From assembly GCA_963828255.1 (NCBI GenBank), contig CAWHDZ010000003.1:160001-224000 (forward strand): a stretch of DNA of 64,000 nucleotides, read 5' to 3'. Source of the DNA: an uncultured delta proteobacterium. GTDB taxonomy: Bacteria; Myxococcota; Myxococcia; Myxococcales; Anaeromyxobacteraceae. The notes under the pieces are model-generated. The model was given only the letters and a program-made list of their open reading frames with translations. It did no database searches and had not been told where the DNA came from. This document shows positions 17,925 through 27,513 of this stretch, piece after piece. The stretch's first letter is position 1. Each line of letters starts with the position of its first letter. Made by a program: the position numbers and the translations under genes.

Positions 17925-19346
17925 ATGGCTACTCGAAGCAGGTCCCTGCAGTCCGTGCTCGGGGTCCTGGCGGCCCTGGCCGCCGGCTGCATCCAGAACC
18001 CCAGCCTGACCTCTCCCGAGGTCTTCGTGGGCAGGTTGGCCGACGGCGCGCGCTTCGACCCCTTCGCCAACACCAGCGGGGCGAACGTGATGCCGGACGC
18101 CACCGTCTGCTTCCCGGACACCTCCCTCTACTGCCCGGACGTCGGGGCGACGCTCAGGGTGGTCGTGCCCGGTCCGGGCGACCCCGAGAACGCGTTCGCG
18201 GGCGGCGCGATCGTGGCCAATTTGCCGAGAAACCTCTCGGGATTCGACGCGGTGACCTTCTGGGCGAAGTCCACGCGGGCCGCCCCGCTGATCATCGGCC
18301 TGGGAGCGGACCAGACCGACAACCCCAGGTACATCGTGGCGGCAGCCGTATCGCTCTCCGCCGAGTGGACGCAGTACGTCCTTCCGATCCCGCTCGCCAC
18401 CAAGCTGACCGCCGAGAGAGGGCTGTTCTACTTCTCCGCCGGCGCGGACGGGAGCCCGGCGACGGGCTTCACCTTCTGGCTCGCCAACATCCAGTACGTG
18501 ACGCTCGGCGCCACAATCCAGGGGCCGAACCCGGTGCTCCCGCCGGTCTGCATCGCGAAGAACGTCGGCGACGGAGCCTTCCCGGCATTCCCGTCGGGCA
18601 TCACCGGGGCGGTGCCGGTGGCCTTCGACGTGAACTCCGGCGTGGGCGTGATCACCGGGTCCAACCGGTACTTCACCTTCACCTCGTCGGATCCCGCCGT
18701 GGCGAGCGTGGACCCGGGTGGCGCGGTGAGCGTCCAGGGGAACGGGACCGCCACCGTCACCGCATTCCTGGGGGGCGTCGAGGCCGCCGGGCCGCTGACC
18801 GTGAAGGTCGGGCCGGCGAACGCCTGTCCGCCGCTCGCCGTGCCGGCCGACATCGCCCCCACGCCGACCGTCCCGGCGGCGAACGTGATCTCGCTCTTCG
18901 GATCGGCCTACGTGGCCCGCCCGGTGGTTGCCTGGCAAACGGTCTGGAGCACCTGCTGCAGCGACTACGCGCAGCTGAACGTCCCCGGCACCAGCCACCC
19001 CGTCAAGAAGTACGCCCTGTACCCCTTCGTGGGCATCGGCTTCGGGCCCGACGGCAGCACCCTCAACCAGATCGATGCCAGCGCCATGACCTGGTTCCAC
19101 GTCGACGTGTGGACCCCGGACGGCCATGCCTTCGACGTGAAGCTCGTCAACGACCCGACCGGTTACGCTTCGGAGTCGACCGTGAGGAGCTACATCCAGG
19201 AAACCGGCACCTGGATCGGCCTGGAGATCCCCATGACCGCCTTCCGGAACCTCGGCGGCACGTCCAGGCTGGGCCAGATGCTCTTCCTCGTGCCGGACGG
19301 CACCTCCGCCACCTTCTACGTGGACAACATCTACTTTCACAACTAG
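17925..19346 (+). CDS. Lipoprotein with CBM-like, Ig-like and CBM-like domains; paralog of 14645..17851
   Basis: Lipobox AAGC; RNLSGFDAVTFWAK, SSDPAVASVD, VISLFGSAY...FHVDVWTPDG...FYVDNIYF. Confidence 0.85.
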   Translation: MATRSRSLQSVLGVLAALAAGCIQNPSLTSPEVFVGRLADGARFDPFANTSGANVMPDATVCFPDTSLYCPDVGATLRVVVPGPGDPENAFAGGAIVANLPRNLSGFDAVTFWAKSTRAAPLIIGLGADQTDNPRYIVAAAVSLSAEWTQYVLPIPLATKLTAERGLFYFSAGADGSPATGFTFWLANIQYVTLGATIQGPNPVLPPVCIAKNVGDGAFPAFPSGITGAVPVAFDVNSGVGVITGSNRYFTFTSSDPAVASVDPGGAVSVQGNGTATVTAFLGGVEAAGPLTVKVGPANACPPLAVPADIAPTPTVPAANVISLFGSAYVARPVVAWQTVWSTCCSDYAQLNVPGTSHPVKKYALYPFVGIGFGPDGSTLNQIDASAMTWFHVDVWTPDGHAFDVKLVNDPTGYASESTVRSYIQETGTWIGLEIPMTAFRNLGGTSRLGQMLFLVPDGTSATFYVDNIYFHN

Positions 19347-20605
19347 TGGAGCACGAGGAGCGGCGCACCGTGGGGGTTTCGACGGCAACCAGGGCGGAGC
19401 CACCCGAGGCGTGCCAGCGGCCGAGCGTCACCGGCGTGCTGCAACTGCTCTGGAAGGAGCGACGGCTCTCCCGCGCCGACATCGCGCGCACGACGGGGCT
19501 GAGCCGCTCCACGGTCTCCGAGGTCGTGTCCGAGCTCCTGGAGACCCGCCTGGTTGCCGAGGTGGGAGACGGCCCCTCGAAGGGCGGCAGGCGGCCCATC
19601 GTCCTGCAGTTCCAGGACGACGCATACGGCCTCCTCGGCATCGACATGGGCGCCGGCCACGTCTCGGCCGCGCTCGCCAACCTGAGGGGACAGGTGGTGG
19701 CCTGGGAGCATCGACACCACCCGGTGCGCGACGACCCGGACGGGACGATGGCGCTGATGGCCGAGTTCTCCGAGGCCTGCCTGGCGAAGTGGAAGCTCGG
19801 CACGGACCGGCTCGTCGGCATCGGCGTCGGCGTCCCGAGCCCCGTCGATCCACGGAACCCGGAACGGGTTTCCGAGGTGGTGATGCCGGCCTGGCGGGGG
19901 CGGGAAGTGGGAGAGCCGCTTCGCAAGCGGTTCGGCGTGCCGGTCATGGTCGACAACGACGCCAACCTGGCCGCGCTCGGCGAGCACTGGTGGGGTGCGG
20001 GGCGCGGCATCCTGGACTTCACCTACGTGAAGGTCGCCACCGGCGTCGGCGCGGGCCACATCATTGGCGGCCAGATCTACCGGGGCGTGCACGGGGTGGC
20101 GGGCGAGATCGGCCACCTCGCCATCGACCCGCAGGGAGACCCGTGCATCTGCGGGCTACGGGGATGCCTGGCGACGCGGGTCGGCTCCAGGGCGCTCCTG
20201 GCGCGCGCCGCGGCGCTCCTGGCGGAGCACCCCGGAAGCATGCTGGCAGGTCGCGAGATCACGCTCGCCGCGTTCGAGGAAGCGGCACTGGCCGGGGACG
20301 TGCTCGTGCTCCAGGTGGTCGCCGAGGCGGCCGACCACCTGGGCATCGCGGTGGCGACCCTGATGAACCTCATGAACCCTTCGCGGGTCATCATCGGCGG
20401 TCGCCTGGCCCGGCTCGGGGAACTCCTGCTGTCCGCGCTGCGCCAGTCCGTCCGCAGCCGCACGCTGGTCAGCGCCCACGCCCCGACCGACATCGTCACC
20501 GGAGAGCTGGGCGGCCGCGCCGTCGCCCTGGGATCCGCCACCCTCGTCCTGCAGACCGCACTCGCCGACATGCGCCTCTTCCGGAGCGCAGCGGCAGGAA
20601 GCTGA
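19346..20605 (+). CDS. ROK-family transcriptional regulator (XylR/NagC-like)
   Basis: HTH SRADIARTTGLSRSTVS, GGRRP, DNDANLAALGE, GVAGEIGH, CICGLRGCL; start GTG at 19346 or 19370. Confidence 0.93.
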   Translation: MEHEERRTVGVSTATRAEPPEACQRPSVTGVLQLLWKERRLSRADIARTTGLSRSTVSEVVSELLETRLVAEVGDGPSKGGRRPIVLQFQDDAYGLLGIDMGAGHVSAALANLRGQVVAWEHRHHPVRDDPDGTMALMAEFSEACLAKWKLGTDRLVGIGVGVPSPVDPRNPERVSEVVMPAWRGREVGEPLRKRFGVPVMVDNDANLAALGEHWWGAGRGILDFTYVKVATGVGAGHIIGGQIYRGVHGVAGEIGHLAIDPQGDPCICGLRGCLATRVGSRALLARAAALLAEHPGSMLAGREITLAAFEEAALAGDVLVLQVVAEAADHLGIAVATLMNLMNPSRVIIGGRLARLGELLLSALRQSVRSRTLVSAHAPTDIVTGELGGRAVALGSATLVLQTALADMRLFRSAAAGS

Positions 20606-20614
20606 GAGGCCCGA

Positions 20615-21481
20615 ATGAGCCGAGACCCACGATCACGCTTTCATCCCGCTTCCCTGGCCGTCGCGGGCCTGGCCATGTCCCTGCTCGCGACCGCGTGCAG
20701 CAACCAGCCTCCCAGCTGGACCCTGGTCTGGCAGGAGGAGTTCGAAGGGGCTGAGGGCACGTCCCCGAATCCCGCCTACTGGGACCCCGACGTGGGGGGA
20801 GGGGGCTGGGGAAACGACCAGCTCGAGTTCAACACCGCGCGCCCCGAGAACGTGTCGCTCGACGGACTCGGCAACCTCGCCATCACCGCGCGGAAGGAGG
20901 CCTATCAGGGGCGCGCCTACACCTCGGCGCGGATCACCACGCGGGCCAGGTTCGAGCAGGGGCTCGGCCGCTGGGAGGCACGCATACGGCTGCCGTCGGG
21001 CATGGGGATCTGGCCGGCCTTCTGGCTGCTGGGTGCGAGCTATCCCCAGCTGGGCTGGCCGGCCTGCGGCGAGATCGACGTCATGGAGATGCGGGGCCAG
21101 GCGCCGGGCGTGGTGAACGGATCCCTCCACGCGACCGGATACTCCGGCGGCAGTGCCCTCACCGCGCAGTACACCTGCCAGGTCCCGCCGACCTGCGCCA
21201 CTCCGCCCTGCACTCCGCTGTGCCCCTTCGACCAGGACTTCCACGTCTTCGCGGTGGAGGTGGAAGCCAACCGGATCCGGTTCGAGGTGGACGGCGCCGT
21301 CTACCACGAGGTGAGGCAGGAGCTCATGCCCAGGGGCGCCAGCTGGCCCTTCGGCAAGCCCTTCTTCGTGATCCTGAACGTGGCAGTGGGAGGGTCATAC
21401 GTCGGGGCGCCCGACGTTTCCACGGTCTTCCCGCAGACGATGCTCGTCGACTACGTCCGCTACTACCAGCTCGATCGCTGA
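20615..21481 (+). CDS. Glycoside hydrolase family 16 laminarinase-type lipoprotein
   Basis: GWGNDQLE, YTSARI, GIWPAFW, catalytic GEIDVME, ILNVAVGG, VDYVR; lipobox ATAC. Confidence 0.95.
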   Translation: MSRDPRSRFHPASLAVAGLAMSLLATACSNQPPSWTLVWQEEFEGAEGTSPNPAYWDPDVGGGGWGNDQLEFNTARPENVSLDGLGNLAITARKEAYQGRAYTSARITTRARFEQGLGRWEARIRLPSGMGIWPAFWLLGASYPQLGWPACGEIDVMEMRGQAPGVVNGSLHATGYSGGSALTAQYTCQVPPTCATPPCTPLCPFDQDFHVFAVEVEANRIRFEVDGAVYHEVRQELMPRGASWPFGKPFFVILNVAVGGSYVGAPDVSTVFPQTMLVDYVRYYQLDR

Positions 21482-21502
21482 AGCGATCGGCGCCCGAGGA
21501 CC

Positions 21503-22969
21503 ATGGGTTCCACCAGAGAGGCAGAGCACTTCACGACGGCGCCCCGGGATCGGATCTCCTTCCCGCGGAAGCTGGCCTACGGGGCCGGAGCCTTCGTCAA
21601 CAACCTGCTGGCGGCGGCCATCGGCGGGATGCTCATCGTGCTCAACCTGGGGCTGGGCATGAACCCGGCGCTGGTGGGGCTGGTGGCGGCGCTGCCTCGC
21701 CTCCTCGACGCCCTCATCGACCCGGTCATGGGGTACGTCTCCGACCACACCCGCTCGAGGTGGGGACGGCGGCGCCCTTACATCTTCGTGGGGGCCATCG
21801 CGTCGGGAGTCGTCTTCGCCCTGCTCTGGCAGGTGCCGCGGGGCCAGAGCGAGAACTTCTACTTCTGGTTCTTCGTCGTCGGCTCCAACCTCTTCTACGT
21901 CGCCTACACGATCTTCGCCGCGCCCTGGGTCGCGCTGGGCTACGAGCTCACCCCCGACTATCACGAGCGCACCCGGCTCATGGGAGTGCAGAACTTCCTC
22001 GGGCAGATCGCCTACATCGTGTCGCCCTGGTTCCTCTGGTTCATGACCTACAAGACCTGGTTCAAGGATCAGGTCGAGGGCGCCTCGGCCCTGGCCATCG
22101 CCATCGGGGTGCTCGCCGCCTGCCTGGGCGTCCTGCCCGCCATCTTCCTCCGGGAGCGCTTTCAGCACGTGGCGGAGAAGGAGGGGGAGGAGCAGGCCGG
22201 GAAGGGCGGAGTCGGCGAGAGCATCATGGGGTTCCTGAGGGGGATGAAGTCGACCATCTCCTCCGGCCCCTTCCTGAAGCTCTGCGCGGCCACCTTCCTG
22301 GTCTTCAACGGATTCATGCTGATCTCGTCGTTCCAGTTCTACGTCATCATCTACTACGTGTTCCGTGGCGATCAGGCGCGCGGGGCGGAGTACGCCGGGT
22401 ACGCCGGAACCCTCGGGGCCATCTCCACGTTCGCGGTGATCTTCTTCATCACCTGGCTCGGCACGAAGATCGGCAAGCGCAGGGCCTTCTTCGTCTCCAC
22501 CGGGATCTCCATGCTCGGGTACGGGATGAAGTGGTTCGCCTACGACCCGAACCACCCCCTGCTCATCCTGCTCCCCACGCCGTTCCTGGCCTTCGGGCTG
22601 GGGGGGCTCTTCACGCTGATGGGCTCGATGATCGCCGACGTCGTGGACGTGGACGAGGTCCAGTCCCACCAGCGCCGCGAGGGGATGTTCGGCGCGGTCT
22701 TCTGGTGGGTCGTCAAGCTGGGCATGGCGGCCGCGCTCGCCGGAGGAGGCTTCCTCCTCAACATGACCGGGTTCGACGTGGACCTGGGCGGGAACCAGGC
22801 CGAGCGGACCATCACCCTGATGCGGGTCTGCGACGCGTTCATCCCGATGATCACCTCCGGCCTGGCGATCTGGGCCATCGCGACCTACCCGATCACCGAG
22901 GAGGCGGCCCACGAGGTGCGGGCGACGCTGGAAGCCCGACGAGGAACCGGGACGCCCGCCGCCGGATAG
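21503..22969 (+). CDS. MFS transporter, glycoside-pentoside-hexuronide (MelB-like) family
   Basis: DALIDPVMGYVSDHTRSRWGRRRPY, ELTPDYHERT, MIADVVD...RREGMF. Confidence 0.92.
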   Translation: MGSTREAEHFTTAPRDRISFPRKLAYGAGAFVNNLLAAAIGGMLIVLNLGLGMNPALVGLVAALPRLLDALIDPVMGYVSDHTRSRWGRRRPYIFVGAIASGVVFALLWQVPRGQSENFYFWFFVVGSNLFYVAYTIFAAPWVALGYELTPDYHERTRLMGVQNFLGQIAYIVSPWFLWFMTYKTWFKDQVEGASALAIAIGVLAACLGVLPAIFLRERFQHVAEKEGEEQAGKGGVGESIMGFLRGMKSTISSGPFLKLCAATFLVFNGFMLISSFQFYVIIYYVFRGDQARGAEYAGYAGTLGAISTFAVIFFITWLGTKIGKRRAFFVSTGISMLGYGMKWFAYDPNHPLLILLPTPFLAFGLGGLFTLMGSMIADVVDVDEVQSHQRREGMFGAVFWWVVKLGMAAALAGGGFLLNMTGFDVDLGGNQAERTITLMRVCDAFIPMITSGLAIWAIATYPITEEAAHEVRATLEARRGTGTPAAG

Positions 22970-22977
22970 GGAGGTCC

Positions 22978-24627
22978 ATGACCCGGGTGGCCTCGACCTC
23001 CTGTGCGCTCGCAATCCTGGCGCTCGCCGGGTGCACGCCGGAGCGACGGCCCGTGCCGCGCGGCACGCTGGTGGTCTCGCAGGAGAAGCAGGCCTCCTGG
23101 GTGCGGAACTTCAACCCGCTCGCGCCCGGGGGGGCGGAGCTCTGGCCGACCAAGGCCGGCATCTACGAGCCGCTGCTCGTGTTCAACACGGTGAAGGGCG
23201 CGTACGTCCCGTGGCTCGCCGTGGGGCACGAGTGGCGGCCCGGTCACCGGGTTCTCCGCGTGAAGACCCGGGAGGGGGTTCGCTGGTCCGACGGCGCACC
23301 CTTCGGCGCGCGCGACGTGGCCTTCACGTTCGAGCTCCTGAAGAAGTTCCCGGCGCTCGACGCGGGTGGGGTGTGGAGCTTCCTCCAGGAAGTCCGGGTC
23401 GTCGACGCGAGCACGGTCGACTTCGAGTTCTCCAGGGTGTTCGTTCCCGGCCTGGACAGCCTGGCCATCGTGCCCATCGTGCCCGAGCACGTCTGGAGCA
23501 AGGTCGCGGACCCGGTCACCTTCCGCAACGAGAACCCCGTCGCCACCGGGCCCTTCACGGAGGTCCGGGTCTTCAAGAACCAGGTGTACGAGCTGGGGCG
23601 CAACCCGAACTACTGGCAGCCGGGAAAGCCGGCGGTGGAGGCGCTTCGACTCCCCGCCTACCCCGGGAACGATCGGGCCAACCTCGGCCTGGTGTTCGAC
23701 GAGGTGGACTGGGCGGGCAGCTTCGTTCCCGCCATCGAACGCGTCTTCGTGAAGCGCGACCCGGAGCACCACCGGTACTGGTTCCCCCTCATCGGCGGGA
23801 CCATCTTCCTCTACGCCAACACCAGGCGTCCGCCGTTCGACGACGTGCGCGTGCGCAAGGCCATCAGCATGGCCATCGACCGCAAGCGGGTGGTCGACGT
23901 GGCCCTCTTCGGCTACTCGCGCCCCTCCGACGCCACGGGGCTCAGCGACGCCTACGCGGGATGGCGAAACCCCGAGATCGCCGCGACCGGGGACTGGGTG
24001 CGCCACGACGTGTCCGCGGCCAACGCAGCGCTCGACGGGGCTGGCTTCCCGCGGGGAGGGGACGGCATCCGCCGCCTTCCCGACGGCCGCCCCTGGAAGT
24101 TCGAGATCCTCGCCGTGGCTGGATACTCCGACTGGGTGCGGACCGCCCAGGTGGTCGCCGGCGGGCTCAAGGAGATCGGGATCGACGCCACCGTCCGCAA
24201 TTCCGACTACGGGGCCTGGTTCCAGAAGCTCGGGGAGGGGCGCTTCGACCTGGCCCTGGGCTGGTCGGTGGACGGGCCCACGCCCTACACCTTCTACCGG
24301 GGGCTCATGACGACCTCCACGGTGAAGCCCGAGGGCGTCCCGTCGTTCTGGAACTGGCACCGCTACGGGAGCGAGCGGGGAGACGCGCTCGTCGCCGCAT
24401 TCGAGCGTGCGGTGGACCCTGCCGAGCAGCGGCGCCTGTCGGACGAGCTCCAGCGGGCCTTCGTCGCCGAGGCCCCGGCCATCCCGCTCTACCCGCAGCC
24501 GTCCTGGGGGGAGTACAACTCCCGGCGCTTCAAGGGGTTCTCCTCCGCGGACGATCCCTACGCGGCGCTCTCGCCCAACAAGTCCCCGGACTACCTGCTC
24601 GTCCTCACGACGATCGAACCGCGCTAG
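22978..24627 (+). CDS. ABC transporter substrate-binding lipoprotein, family 5 (OppA/DppA-like; likely oligosaccharide-binding)
   Basis: GGAGG RBS; lipobox LAGC; NFNP, IYEPLL, WSDGAPF, TGPF, NPNYW, VRKAISMAIDR. Confidence 0.93.
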   Translation: MTRVASTSCALAILALAGCTPERRPVPRGTLVVSQEKQASWVRNFNPLAPGGAELWPTKAGIYEPLLVFNTVKGAYVPWLAVGHEWRPGHRVLRVKTREGVRWSDGAPFGARDVAFTFELLKKFPALDAGGVWSFLQEVRVVDASTVDFEFSRVFVPGLDSLAIVPIVPEHVWSKVADPVTFRNENPVATGPFTEVRVFKNQVYELGRNPNYWQPGKPAVEALRLPAYPGNDRANLGLVFDEVDWAGSFVPAIERVFVKRDPEHHRYWFPLIGGTIFLYANTRRPPFDDVRVRKAISMAIDRKRVVDVALFGYSRPSDATGLSDAYAGWRNPEIAATGDWVRHDVSAANAALDGAGFPRGGDGIRRLPDGRPWKFEILAVAGYSDWVRTAQVVAGGLKEIGIDATVRNSDYGAWFQKLGEGRFDLALGWSVDGPTPYTFYRGLMTTSTVKPEGVPSFWNWHRYGSERGDALVAAFERAVDPAEQRRLSDELQRAFVAEAPAIPLYPQPSWGEYNSRRFKGFSSADDPYAALSPNKSPDYLLVLTTIEPR

Positions 24628-24637
24628 ACAGGGGCCG

Positions 24638-25617
24638 ATGCGCTTCATCCTCCAACGACTCGGCTTCTACCTGCTCGCGGCCTGGGCGGCGCTCACGCTC
24701 AACTTCTTCCTGCCGCGCCTCATGCCGGGCGACCCCGCCACGGCGCTCTTCGCGCGATTCCGCGGCCAGCTCCGTCCGGAGGCCATGCAGGCGCTTCGCG
24801 AGGCCTTCGGGCTGACCCCGGAGCCGCTCCTGGGGCAATACGTCACCTACCTCGGCCACGTGCTGCGGGGCGACTTCGGCGTCTCGGTGGCCTACTTCCC
24901 GTCCCCCGTCTCCACCATCATCGGCACGGGGCTCCTCTGGACGATGTTCCTGGCCGGGACGGCGGTGGTGGTGAGCTTCGTCCTCGGGACCTGCTCGGCG
25001 TGGCCGCGGCCTGGTGGCGCGGCGGCTGGATGGACACGCTCCTGCCCCCGGCGCTCGCGCTCCTGGGCGCGTTCCCCTACTTCTGGCTGGCCATGGTGGC
25101 CCTCTACGTCTTCGGCTTTCAGCTGGCATGGTTCCCGCTCGGCCACGCCTACGCCGACGACCTGACGCCCGGCCTGAACCTGCCGTTCCTCGCCAGCGTC
25201 CTCCGGCACGCGGCGCTCCCCGTCGGCACGGTGGTGGTGGCGACGCTGGGCGGATGGATGCTCTCCATGCGCAACACCATGGTGTCGGTCCTGGGCTCCG
25301 ACTACGTGAACCTGGCGCGGGCCAAGGGGCTGCCGCCCTCCCGCGTGGTGCTCCGGTACGCGGCCCGCAACGCGCTCCTGCCCAGCGTCACCGGCTTCGG
25401 GATGGCGCTCGGCTTCGTCCTGGGCGGTTCGCTGCTCACCGAGATCATCTTCTCCTACCCCGGGCAGGGATACCTGCTCCTCCAGGCGGTCCGGAGCCAG
25501 GACTACCCGCTCATGCAGGGCATCTTCCTGGTCATCACGCTTGCCGTGCTGGGCGCGAACTGGCTCGTGGACATCGCCTACCTGTGGCTCGACCCGCGCA
25601 CCCGGGAGGGTTCGTGA
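24638..25617 (+). CDS. ABC permease (OppB-like), frameshifted near 24990
   Basis: NFFLPRLMPGDP in one frame continues as AAWWRGG...ARAKGL...DYPLMQG in another; one extra C in GGGAC-CTGCTC restores the ORF. Confidence 0.85.
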
Positions 25618-26555
25618 CCGCGCCTGCAAGCCGCCGGTCCACCGGGGCCAGGGCCTGGCTGGACGCCATCCGGCGCGACCGGAAGGCCAGCGTGGGTGCG
25701 CTGATCCTGGTCCTCTTCGCACTGCTCGCCGTCGTCGGACCGTTCCTCGTGGGCGACCCCACGGCGCTCGTGGCCGTGCCCCTCGAGCCTCCCTCCTCGG
25801 CCCACTGGCTCGGGACCACCGGCCAGGGGCAGGACGTTCTCGCGCAGACCGTGGTGGGGACCCGCGTCTCCCTGGTCATCGGCTTCGGCGTCGGGATCCT
25901 CGTGGTGCTGGTCGGCTCGCTGGTCGGCGTCGCAGCCGGCTACTTCGGCGGGCGGGTGGACGGGATGCTCTCCCTCCTCTTCAACGTCTTCCTGGTGATC
26001 CCCGGGCTGCCGCTGGCCATCGTCCTGGCTGCCTACCTGCCGTCCGGGCCGCTCACCGTGGCGGCGGTGCTGGTCTTCACCGGATGGGCCTGGAACGCCC
26101 GCGTGGTCCGCGGCCAGACCCTTTCCCTGCGCCGGCGCGACTTCGTGCTGGCGTCGGTGGTGAGCGGCGAGTCGAGCCTGCGCATCATCACCCGCGAGAT
26201 CCTTCCCAACATGACCTCCCTCCTCGTGGCCCAGGTCATCGGCAGCAGCGTCTACGCCATCGGCGCGCTGGTGGGGCTCGAGTTCCTCGGCCTGGGCGAC
26301 GTCTCCTCGGTCACCTGGGGGACCAACCTCTACTGGGCCAGCAACGACTCGGCGCTCCTCACCGGCGCCTGGTGGACCTACGTCCCGACCGGCGTCTGCG
26401 TGGCGCTGGTGGGCTTCGGCCTGGTGATGCTCAACTCCGGCTTCGACGAGATCACCAACCCGCGCCTGCAGATGGAGCGCGCCTGGCGCGCGCACCTGGC
26501 CGCGGCGGGGCAGCCTGCGTCCCGGTCGACCCCGGTGGTGGTGCGAGATGGCTGA
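25614..26555 (+). CDS. ABC permease (OppC-like)
   Basis: GTGA overlap; HWLGTTGQGQD, GTRVSL, ILPN, LEFLGLG. Confidence 0.92.
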   Translation: MTAPASRRSTGARAWLDAIRRDRKASVGALILVLFALLAVVGPFLVGDPTALVAVPLEPPSSAHWLGTTGQGQDVLAQTVVGTRVSLVIGFGVGILVVLVGSLVGVAAGYFGGRVDGMLSLLFNVFLVIPGLPLAIVLAAYLPSGPLTVAAVLVFTGWAWNARVVRGQTLSLRRRDFVLASVVSGESSLRIITREILPNMTSLLVAQVIGSSVYAIGALVGLEFLGLGDVSSVTWGTNLYWASNDSALLTGAWWTYVPTGVCVALVGFGLVMLNSGFDEITNPRLQMERAWRAHLAAAGQPASRSTPVVVRDG

Positions 26556-27513
26556 GCCGATCCTGTCGATCCGCGACCTCTGCGTGGACTACGTGTCGGC
26601 GGACGGCCCGGTTCGCGCCCTCGACCACGTCTCCCTGGACCTCATGCCCGGGGAGGTGGTCGGCGTCGCCGGCGAGTCGGGCTGCGGCAAGTCCACCATG
26701 GCCCAGGCCATCCTGAGGATCCTGCCGCCTCCGGCGGTGATCAGCGGTGGCCAGGTGCTCTTCGAGGGGCGCGACCTGCTCGCCATGGACGAGGGCGCGC
26801 TGCGCCGGATGCGCTGGGAGCGGATCGCCATGGTCTTCCAGGGCGCCATGGACGCGCTCAACCCGGTGCTCACGGTGGGCGAGCAGATCGCCGACACCCT
26901 GCGGGCCCACGGTGCGGCCCCCTCCGGGCGTGCCGCGCGGGCGCGGGCCGCGGAGCTGCTCGGGACGGTGGGCATCCACCCCGACCGCCTGGCGAGCTTC
27001 CCGCACCAGCTCTCCGGCGGCATGCGCCAGCGGGTGGGCATCGCCATCGCGCTGGCGCTCGATCCCGCGCTCGTGATCCTCGACGAGCCCACCACCGCCC
27101 TCGACGTCATCGTGGAGCGGGAGATCCTGGAGGAGATCCAGGAGCTGCAGCGGAAGCGCGGGTTCGCCGTGATGTTCATCACGCACGACCTGACGCGGAT
27201 GCTCCAGTTCGCGAACCGCGTGGCGATCTTCTACGCGGCAAGGCTGGTCGAGGTGGCTCCCGCGGGCGAGCTGCGGACGGCGGCGCGCCACCCGTACACG
27301 CAGGGGCTCCTGCGGGCCTTCCCGTCGGTGCACGGCGGCGACGTCGAGCTGTCGAGCATCCCCGGGTCGCCGCCCAGCCTGCGCAGCCCGCCCAGGGGAT
27401 GCCGCTTCCATCCCCGCTGCACCCTCGCCGTGGACCTGTGCCGGGAGCGGGAGCCGGAGCTGGTCGCGCTCGGCCCCGGCCACGCGGCCGCCTGCCACCT
27501 GGTCACAGGCTGA
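26548..27513 (+). CDS. ABC ATPase (OppD-like)
   Basis: GESGCGKS, LSGGMRQR, DEPTTALD, HPYT, GCRFHPRC. Confidence 0.95.
   Translation: MAEPILSIRDLCVDYVSADGPVRALDHVSLDLMPGEVVGVAGESGCGKSTMAQAILRILPPPAVISGGQVLFEGRDLLAMDEGALRRMRWERIAMVFQGAMDALNPVLTVGEQIADTLRAHGAAPSGRAARARAAELLGTVGIHPDRLASFPHQLSGGMRQRVGIAIALALDPALVILDEPTTALDVIVEREILEEIQELQRKRGFAVMFITHDLTRMLQFANRVAIFYAARLVEVAPAGELRTAARHPYTQGLLRAFPSVHGGDVELSSIPGSPPSLRSPPRGCRFHPRCTLAVDLCREREPELVALGPGHAAACHLVTG

Noticed and set aside
13133..18121. 1662-aa minus-strand ORF and many other long overlapping ORFs (e.g. 37198..40560, 56246..59038, 7402..9888)
   Set aside because: Arg/Gly/Pro-rich shadow frames of real genes, expected in ~70% GC DNA; no recognisable motifs
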